A stretch of 64,000 bases of DNA, from positions 15,221 to 79,220 of the forward strand of contig JADFXX010000007.1 of assembly GCA_015233335.1 (NCBI GenBank). Reading direction: 5' to 3'. The notes under the pieces are model-generated. The model saw only the letters and a list, made by a program, of their open reading frames with translations, had not been told where the DNA came from and did no database searches. A program made the position numbers and the translations under genes. Shown piece after piece: positions 57,960-64,000 of this stretch (the first letter of the stretch is position 1; each line of letters begins with the position of its first letter). The stretch is from Candidatus Omnitrophota bacterium (lineage in GTDB: Bacteria; Omnitrophota; Gorgyraeia; Zapsychrales; Fredricksoniimonadaceae).

Positions 57960-58499
57960 CTAACAAACAGGCGAAGTCGTCTGTTGTAAAAAATGATTCA
58001 ATTGGCTTTTAAACCCATAATCATAAACTCGGCCTTGGGCATATATGCGAAAACCTCCCACCAAGGAGGGATCCATATCCCATCGGGGGATCATATGCTG
58101 ACCAAAAGTATCCTGTAGGCATCTGCTGATAAAAATCTTGTCTTCATCGTTAACGGGAAATGCTGTTTGGATGAGAGCACGCAATTGATGGGTGCCGGAT
58201 AAATATAAAACATCAAAAGCTTCTATGATCTCTTGAAGTATGCTCAAACGGTTTTTGTAAGTAATAAATAAAAGAAATCTCAAGACCAAATCCGGTACTT
58301 TGCCTTCAAATAAAGCCTTTAAAATACCCCCGCGTTCCTCAACAGAAAGAAGAGGATTCTTTAAAAATAACTGAAAATCCTCCAAATCAAGAATAAGGCT
58401 TCCCATATGGATTAAGGCGTCCTGCACCGGCTGAAGATTATTTTCTTCCCGGGATAGATCAAAAAGCGCTTGAGCGTAACGATGAGCTGATTGACTCAT
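57960..58499 (-). CDS. atpH: F1 ATP synthase delta subunit
   Basis: The N-terminus [11 protein letters not shown], 179 aa, and operon position. Confidence 0.85.
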   Translation of the reverse strand: MSQSAHRYAQALFDLSREENNLQPVQDALIHMGSLILDLEDFQLFLKNPLLSVEERGGILKALFEGKVPDLVLRFLLFITYKNRLSILQEIIEAFDVLYLSGTHQLRALIQTAFPVNDEDKIFISRCLQDTFGQHMIPRWDMDPSLVGGFRIYAQGRVYDYGFKSQLNHFLQQTTSPVC

Positions 58500-58504
58500 A
58501 AAAT

Positions 58505-59029
58505 TTAAAAATCCTTAATAGCCTGATTGATCAAATTCCGGTTCTTTTCTGTATCCAGATTTTCTTTTAAAATTCTTTCAGCCAGAGTGACCGCTGTTTG
58601 AACACTTTCTTTTTTCAGGGCTTGCCGTACACGTTCACGTTCTCCCTGAATTTCTTGATATGCGCTACTGATGATCTCTTCAGCGCTTTTTTTGGCTTTC
58701 TGTTCAATTTGAAGCTCCAGCTCATGGCCTGTTTTACGGGATTGTTCGATGATGCCATTAGCCTGTGCTTTAGCTTCATCAAGAATTTTGATCTTAGCGA
58801 TTTCGATCTGAGCCAGTTGCTCTTTGATCTTATCCGCATCCTCGAGAGATTTGCGGATATGATCTTCTCTCTTCTTTAAACTCACGAGAATCGGCTTCCA
58901 GGCAAATTTTTGTAACACAAAAAGAAGAATAAAGAACGTGCCCCAGGTTAAAATAACCATGAGCGTTTCAGGCATCAAGAGATTAGGGCTGCCGCCCGAC
59001 GCGGCATGTCCCATAGCTGTATTTTCCAT
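58505..59029 (-). CDS. atpF: Fo ATP synthase b subunit
   Basis: A single N-terminal TM helix, then a long charged helix; operon position. Confidence 0.85.
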   Translation of the reverse strand: MENTAMGHAASGGSPNLLMPETLMVILTWGTFFILLFVLQKFAWKPILVSLKKREDHIRKSLEDADKIKEQLAQIEIAKIKILDEAKAQANGIIEQSRKTGHELELQIEQKAKKSAEEIISSAYQEIQGERERVRQALKKESVQTAVTLAERILKENLDTEKNRNLINQAIKDF

Positions 59030-59046
59030 AATATGCCCCTAAAGAA

Positions 59047-59283
59047 TTAAGATTGAAGAGCTAAAAAACAAAACACAGCACACAATAATGCCACTCCTTC
59101 AACCAAAGCGGCACCCACAAACATCACAGTCTGAATCTTACCGGATTGCTCGGGTTGGCGGGCAATACCGTTTAACGCAGCTGCGACAATAAGCCCGACC
59201 CCGATACCGGCTCCGACAGAACACAGACCAAAGCCTATGCCAACAAAGAGTCTGCCTAAATGAGCTATTTCCCAAGATTGCAT
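59047..59283 (-). CDS. atpE: Fo ATP synthase c subunit
   Basis: A hairpin of two TM helices with an ARQPE loop and a carboxylate in AALVEGVALL. Confidence 0.9.
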   Translation of the reverse strand: MQSWEIAHLGRLFVGIGFGLCSVGAGIGVGLIVAAALNGIARQPEQSGKIQTVMFVGAALVEGVALLCAVFCFLALQS

Positions 59284-59298
59284 AATGTTTCCTTTCTG

Positions 59299-60063
59299 TT
59301 AATGTTGAGGATGATACATTTGACCAATAAAAACTGCCGATAATAGCACAAAGATGTACGCTTGTAAAAATACAATCAAAAGCTCCAATAAAGATATGCC
59401 TACAGCCAATACAACGGCAGGAAGCGCCCACCAGCCAAACATAACAACCATGCCAAGGAGGGATAAAATAAGCATGTGGCCGGCCAACATGTTGGCAAAA
59501 AGACGGATCATTAAGGCAAATGTCCTAATGAAAATACCTATAAACTCCATTAAAAAAATAAAAGGCAATATGATTTTGGGAACACCCGCAGGCATAAAGG
59601 CATGAAAAAATCCCCCGATGCCGTTTTTGCGCACGGTATCGGCGGTCATAAAATAAAACGTGATCAAGGCCAATGGGGCCGTAACACTTATATTGGCTGT
59701 TGCTGTTGCAAATAAGGGAATCTGACCTAAAAGATTAAGCCCTAAAATAAAAAAGAAGAATGTGCATAACAACGGCGTTAAACGTTCCCCTTCCTCTTCA
59801 CCCAAAGAAGGAATCGCAATACCATCACGAACAAATTGAACAAAAGCCTCCAAAAGATTGGTTAATCCTGTAGGCACCCTCTCTTGATGGCGATAAAAGA
59901 CGCAAAAAAGTACTATTAAGATCAACGCACAAATGATCACCATGAGTCCATGCAAACTCAAAAAACCGGGCAAAGGAACGGGTCCCAGAAACGGCAAATG
60001 CCATTCATTTGAATTCATGACATGGTGCATGACGTATTCAGTTAGATTAAATGAGGGATTCAT
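59299..60063 (-). CDS. atpB: Fo ATP synthase a subunit
   Basis: RLFANMLAGH with the essential Arg; 254 aa. Confidence 0.9.
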   Translation of the reverse strand: MNPSFNLTEYVMHHVMNSNEWHLPFLGPVPLPGFLSLHGLMVIICALILIVLFCVFYRHQERVPTGLTNLLEAFVQFVRDGIAIPSLGEEEGERLTPLLCTFFFFILGLNLLGQIPLFATATANISVTAPLALITFYFMTADTVRKNGIGGFFHAFMPAGVPKIILPFIFLMEFIGIFIRTFALMIRLFANMLAGHMLILSLLGMVVMFGWWALPAVVLAVGISLLELLIVFLQAYIFVLLSAVFIGQMYHPQH

Positions 60064-60116
60064 AATCTGGATATGATAAACGATAACTTAGAAGAGCGCA
60101 AGTATTTCAAAATGCA

Positions 60117-60323
60117 TTATTTTTCTCTGAAGGCCCGCCAAGCTTCATAAAAGCAATACGAAACACCTAAAGCTGCCCCAACAATGGTTAAAACTGGAAA
60201 AGTATGAAATTTCTTATCCAACCACCAGCCAAGCAACGGTAATACGATAAGACCGCCGCCTATGCTCCAAAGCCTTGACAAGGTGGAATAGTCCGATCGG
60301 TCTTTAGGTGAGGGGTCAGGCAT
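60117..60323 (-). CDS. AtpZ/AtpI-family small membrane protein
   Basis: 68 aa, two TM helices, LGWWLDKKFHTFP motif; directly upstream of atpB. Confidence 0.65.
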   Translation of the reverse strand: MPDPSPKDRSDYSTLSRLWSIGGGLIVLPLLGWWLDKKFHTFPVLTIVGAALGVSYCFYEAWRAFREK

Positions 60324-61365
60324 TGATGATAAAGAAATCAGAATCCGGATTACTTTGTAATTTTAAGATTTTTTCATTAAATTCCAGTATCTTCTGACGG
60401 ATAATCTCCTCGACCTGCGGCAAAGCGCTGGAACGTCTTTTCATACTGCTGTCCACAACTTCAACCAAATTATCGATAGAACTTAAATGAACCCCGGCTA
60501 AGTTTTTGACCTGCGGATCGATGCTGCGAGGCATGGAGATATCAATAAGAACAAGCGGACGACCTTGACGCATGGCCATGATAGGGCTTATCGTTTCAAG
60601 ATCTAAAACATAATGCGGCGCATCCAAGGCACAAAAACACACATCCACCTCACTTAAAATTTCTTTGATATTCCAAAAAGAAGAAGCCACGCCGTGATAT
60701 AAAGCTGCCAATTTTTCCGCTTTTTGGCCGGTACGATTCATTAAATGTATTTTCTTAACCCCCAAATCATGAAGGTGCTGAAGAGCAATTTCTCCCATTT
60801 TACCGGCACCGACAACTAAAACAGATTTGTCATTCAAACGACCGAGCATTTTCTGGGACATCTCAATGGCCGCCCAACTGATCGATGAGCCTCCATGAGA
60901 GATTGCTGTTTCGTGCTGGGCTTTTTTACCGGTACGGATCGCGATATTTGTCAAAATATTAAAATACCGAGACAATGTGCCTGACTGACGGGCACGCTCA
61001 ATAGCACTCTTAACCTGACCCAAAATTTGTCTCTCCCCTAATACCAGAGATTCCAGACCGCAAACTACCCTTAAAAGATGATTAATAGCTTCCTGATCTT
61101 TATAAACGTAAATATAGGACGAGAAATTCAAAGAAACTTTTTTAATCTTGGCAATTAAAGAAACAACAAAAGAAATATCCGCCGAATCCCCTGCCCGCTT
61201 TAAATAAACCTCGATCCGGTTGCATGTGGAAAGCACAAACGCCTCACAGACAAGCGGATGATTTTTAAGCTCACTTAAAAGCAAGTCCTGTTCAACCGGA
61301 TTTAAATAAAACTTCTCCCGGATCTCGATAGGAGCTGTCTTGTGGCTTAAACCGACAACTAACAT
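60316..61365 (-). CDS. hemA: Glutamyl-tRNA reductase (short, 349 aa)
   Basis: LSTCNRIEVY signature, GLESLVLGERQILGQVK, VVGAGKMG. Confidence 0.9.
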   Translation of the reverse strand: MLVVGLSHKTAPIEIREKFYLNPVEQDLLLSELKNHPLVCEAFVLSTCNRIEVYLKRAGDSADISFVVSLIAKIKKVSLNFSSYIYVYKDQEAINHLLRVVCGLESLVLGERQILGQVKSAIERARQSGTLSRYFNILTNIAIRTGKKAQHETAISHGGSSISWAAIEMSQKMLGRLNDKSVLVVGAGKMGEIALQHLHDLGVKKIHLMNRTGQKAEKLAALYHGVASSFWNIKEILSEVDVCFCALDAPHYVLDLETISPIMAMRQGRPLVLIDISMPRSIDPQVKNLAGVHLSSIDNLVEVVDSSMKRRSSALPQVEEIIRQKILEFNEKILKLQSNPDSDFFIINA

Positions 61366-61377
61366 AATAGATCAGGC

Positions 61378-61791
61378 TTAGGTTTCTTTGCGATAAGTAT
61401 TAATAAGGTCTGAAAACAGATTCGGACTAAAGGCCCCCAAATATTCCCTAGCACCGGCTTCCTGGGTTGCGATCTTCATGTATTGAACCGCGATCATCTG
61501 AGCCCGAATGGCAAAATGGTCCTGGGCTTTGGGGTTAGGAACGTAATAGGTCAGAATTACTGTGTGATTTAATTCCGGTATGCTTTTAAGTTTCTTGATC
61601 ATTTCATCAGCAGGAATCTGCGGCATCAAAAGATCAAGAAAGATAACATCAGGGTTGCATGTGAGGGCCTCTCGAAAAAGCGATTCACTTTCACTGGAAT
61701 AATGGCCCTTCCATTCCGGCATCTTTTTAAGCAGTTCCTGACAGGATGATATGACCTGAAGACTGCCGCTAATTAGTATTTTATTCATCAA
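61378..61791 (-). CDS. Single-domain receiver (REC)-like protein lacking the N-terminal acidic pair
   Basis: PDVIFLDLLMP retains the phospho-acceptor-like Asp, but beta-1 reads KILISGS instead of xxDD. Confidence 0.5.
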   Translation of the reverse strand: MMNKILISGSLQVISSCQELLKKMPEWKGHYSSESESLFREALTCNPDVIFLDLLMPQIPADEMIKKLKSIPELNHTVILTYYVPNPKAQDHFAIRAQMIAVQYMKIATQEAGAREYLGAFSPNLFSDLINTYRKET

Positions 61792-61806
61792 GAAAGTATA
61801 AACTAT

Positions 61807-62397
61807 CTATAAGGACAAGTCAACGATACGATCATACTCTTGGGACGTGTTGATATTATCCAGCCAATGGGCGTTGGTTTGTTTGATTAAATGAGTATCA
61901 CTATTGATCAAAATTCTGCGCGGGCAATGAACCCCCTCTTGAAACATTTTAATAGTAGCATTATACGCATGCCCTTCCCAGATAGCGCATAAAGGCTCTG
62001 GCAAATCATCCTGGGTGCTCATAAAAGCTGTAGCTGTTTTCTGGGGGTCCCGGTTACTAAAGAGCGTTTGAATTGTGTCATCGGTGATAAAAGGTAAATC
62101 ACAGGCTGCTATAAACCATGCCATATCCGGATACTCTTTCATGGCTGACAAAATGCCTCCTAAAGGACCTATGCCGGAAAATTCTTTAGCATCATTAATC
62201 CAGGCAATACGCTTATAGGGCTTCTGTTCTTTTCTTTTGGATAAAAAAACACGGGAACAATGCTTTCGCAGGAGACCATCGACATATTCAATTTGAGGTC
62301 GACCGTTAAAATCAAGCAGGCCCTTGTCCCGGCCCATACGCCGGCTATACCCGCCAGCTAAAATAAGGCCAAAGATTTTGGTTTTTGTGGCTTTCAT
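61807..62397 (-). CDS. mobA: Molybdenum cofactor guanylyltransferase
   Basis: GLILAGGYSRRMGRDKGLL. Confidence 0.85.
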   Translation of the reverse strand: MKATKTKIFGLILAGGYSRRMGRDKGLLDFNGRPQIEYVDGLLRKHCSRVFLSKRKEQKPYKRIAWINDAKEFSGIGPLGGILSAMKEYPDMAWFIAACDLPFITDDTIQTLFSNRDPQKTATAFMSTQDDLPEPLCAIWEGHAYNATIKMFQEGVHCPRRILINSDTHLIKQTNAHWLDNINTSQEYDRIVDLSL

Positions 62398-63508
62398 ACT
62401 CTATAAACCCATCAGCCAAGGCCAAAGAAGCAAAATCACCGGAACCTCCAATAGGAATTAAACGAGCTCCGCTAACTGGTAAGAATTGGGTTAGATCAGA
62501 TTGGATATTTATCTTGTCCTTGATAGCAATATATTCCTGCTTAACTTCCAGGCCACTGGCTTTCTTTAAATACGGAACCACATAACGATATGCACAAATT
62601 TGAGTCGAGACCGGATTACCCGGTAAGGCAAAAACAGGCATGCCTCTTTTAGACATGCCAAACCAAAAAGGTTTTCCGGGTTTCTGGGAAACTTTATGAA
62701 AAATCTGTTTAATCCCTAATTGCGCAAGAACTCCGGGCACATAATCATATTCTCCCGTAGAAACTCCCCCGCTTAATATCAACACATCAAACTTCCCTAA
62801 TATCTTCTTAATGGTTTGCAGCATCAATTTTTGATTATCGTGAAGATGAAAAATCTGCACTTCTCCTAATTGGGCCTGGGTTATTAAAGCAAGCAACGCA
62901 TACGAGTTTGACAAACGGGTCTGATACTGTTTAATGGGCTTATGAATATCCACCAGTTCATCACCTGTCGCGATCACCGCAATCTTAGGGATCGCGCTCA
63001 CCTTGATCTTGACTTTGCCCACACTTGCGGCAATCCCTATATGCGGCGCCCAGAGACGACACCCAGACTTAAGCAGTACTTCACCCTTTTTACCATCAGC
63101 CCCCTGAAAGCGAATGAATTGATTTTTCTTGATCATGGTCCAATCTTTGATTAGTGCCGTATCTCCTTCCAAATGGAGCTGTTCGACTGGTATAACAGAA
63201 TCACATCCCTTAGGGATCACCGCACCAGTCATGATACGCACACAGTTGGAAACATTTTTTAGAGGTTTGGGAGCCGTTCCCGGCGGTACAACAGCTTCAA
63301 CAAGATACGTGCGTAACCCCTTCTGCCAGGAGTCAGAAGCAATCGCAATGCCGTCCATCAAACTTTTATTAAAGGGCGGCTGGTCGCGATCACTTTGTAT
63401 ATCTTCGCGCAACACGCGTCCGATAGCTTTTTCCAAGGGAATAATTTCTACGGGAAAAATCTTAGCATTATGCAAAATTAGCCTATACGCTTCTGATGGG
63501 GAAATCAT
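62345..63508 (-). CDS. moeA: Molybdopterin molybdenumtransferase
   Basis: SPSEAYRLI N-terminus, VLILSGGVSTGEYDY, LPGNPVS. Confidence 0.9.
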   Translation of the reverse strand: MISPSEAYRLILHNAKIFPVEIIPLEKAIGRVLREDIQSDRDQPPFNKSLMDGIAIASDSWQKGLRTYLVEAVVPPGTAPKPLKNVSNCVRIMTGAVIPKGCDSVIPVEQLHLEGDTALIKDWTMIKKNQFIRFQGADGKKGEVLLKSGCRLWAPHIGIAASVGKVKIKVSAIPKIAVIATGDELVDIHKPIKQYQTRLSNSYALLALITQAQLGEVQIFHLHDNQKLMLQTIKKILGKFDVLILSGGVSTGEYDYVPGVLAQLGIKQIFHKVSQKPGKPFWFGMSKRGMPVFALPGNPVSTQICAYRYVVPYLKKASGLEVKQEYIAIKDKINIQSDLTQFLPVSGARLIPIGGSGDFASLALADGFIEYESHKNQNLWPYFSWRV

Positions 63509-63612
63509 GCTCTTATTATCTCATATATTACGCAGATAGCAAGTACGGCGCATACCCTACCCGGTTTCCTAACCCATGAATAAAACGCCTAAAAAAAATT
63601 AACAGCCTCAAA

Positions 63613-64000
63613 TCAGATGACTACGGTTGAGGCGAGAGATTTGACGTTGTTGATGCAGTCGTTGAATGAAATCCCGTCTAAATAATTGGCGCATAAATAT
63701 AAGCCCGGGGTCTTGGCGCACTGCTGGGCTATAGATTGACGCCATAATGGATAACTGATTTCATATTGCGGGATCGCTTTAGGCCAAATTTTAATAAATT
63801 TTTCAAGAGGTTTCCCTTTTAGACCATAAACCGCATCTATCTCTTCTAGCGCTCTAGCATAAATCTGATCTGGTGCGTTATTGACAATGGAAGGATGATG
63901 TGCCCCCCCAAGCATCACGCGTAGCATCATTTGATCTTGAGATGCCCTTTGCTCAAAAACATTGCTTTCGATGAGAACTCCTAAAATGTCCTTATTTTCA
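63613..64000 (-). CDS. hemY: Protoporphyrinogen/coproporphyrinogen oxidase, C-terminal part (5' end outside window)
   Basis: The frame stays open to nt 64000 (ENKDILGVLIESNVFEQRASQDQMMLRVMLGG...). WPKAIPQYEISYP and the C-terminal LCANYLDGISFNDCI are typical of the HemY C-terminus. Confidence 0.65.
   Translation of the reverse strand, partial: ENKDILGVLIESNVFEQRASQDQMMLRVMLGGAHHPSIVNNAPDQIYARALEEIDAVYGLKGKPLEKFIKIWPKAIPQYEISYPLWRQSIAQQCAKTPGLYLCANYLDGISFNDCINNVKSLASTVVI

Noticed and set aside
59047-59283. Na+-translocating signature in the c subunit.
   Set aside because: The helix-1 position equivalent to the Na+-ligand Gln is Val. The residue after the carboxylate is Gly (VEGV) rather than Ser/Thr. 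This is consistent with an ordinary H+ enzyme.
59138-59431. A 97-aa ORF spanning the atpB/atpE junction on the minus strand.
   Set aside because: It is out of frame with, and overlaps, two unambiguous ATP synthase genes. Its Cys/Arg-rich translation has no signal of function.
62345-62397. A programmed frameshift producing a MoeA-MobA fusion at the A-rich run CACAAAAACCAAAAT.
   Set aside because: Passing from the moeA frame to the mobA frame needs a +1 (or -2) shift. I see no canonical slippery heptamer or stimulatory structure. mobA has its own ATG and MoeA has a normal-length C-terminus.
63509-63612. A possible Moco riboswitch or terminator structure upstream of moeA.
   Set aside because: The region is only 104 nt long. 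I could find only a 4-bp GGCG/CGCC pairing, plus the direct repeats CCCTACCC and CCTAACCC. There is no extended helix pattern, and it is too short for the Moco motif as I remember it.

Overview
This is a 64-kb, very gene-dense bacterial chromosome segment with about 66 protein genes. Only six intergenic gaps reach roughly 100-190 nt. I saw no rRNA, tRNA, CRISPR array, transposase or integrase. The sequence is AT-rich and shows Gram-negative-type features (a lipobox lipoprotein, exported Msr enzymes, a Kdo-transferase-like domain). I cannot assign taxonomy without a search. The left half (1-35 kb) is a large envelope-glycan island. It holds a carbamoyltransferase/SxtJ/DUF5989 trio, three GtrB/ArnC-type polyprenyl-phosphate GT2 enzymes, and six large polytopic GT-C-like membrane proteins, including two paralogue pairs. 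It also holds an aminotransferase/SDR/GNAT amino-sugar module, three methyltransferases, a minimal split transketolase, and a stand-alone PilZ protein. The centrepiece is a gap-free 14-gene operon (13.1-25.9 kb). It joins a complete GDP-heptose pathway (GmhA-like, HddA, GmhB, HddC, plus transaldolase) to an odd tailoring set: a radical SAM enzyme with a SPASM-like tail, SDRs, a 22-cysteine repeat protein and a divergent PurH-like enzyme. The right half (35-64 kb) is mostly core metabolism: ald, fumC, pepA, gltA, acnA, surE, an HD-GYP response regulator, the complete F1Fo ATP synthase operon, hemA, mobA/moeA and a partial hemY. Within it sit an exported Trx/MsrB/MsrA repair module, a 1236-aa exported multidomain protein ending in a GT30 (Kdo-transferase)-like domain, and a B12-radical SAM/ferredoxin/membrane-protein trio. 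My best candidates for undescribed biology are the heptose tailoring operon with its lipid-linked GT2/GT-C delivery modules, and the 1236-aa protein. All functional calls rest on motifs read by eye from the translations. No database search was run.
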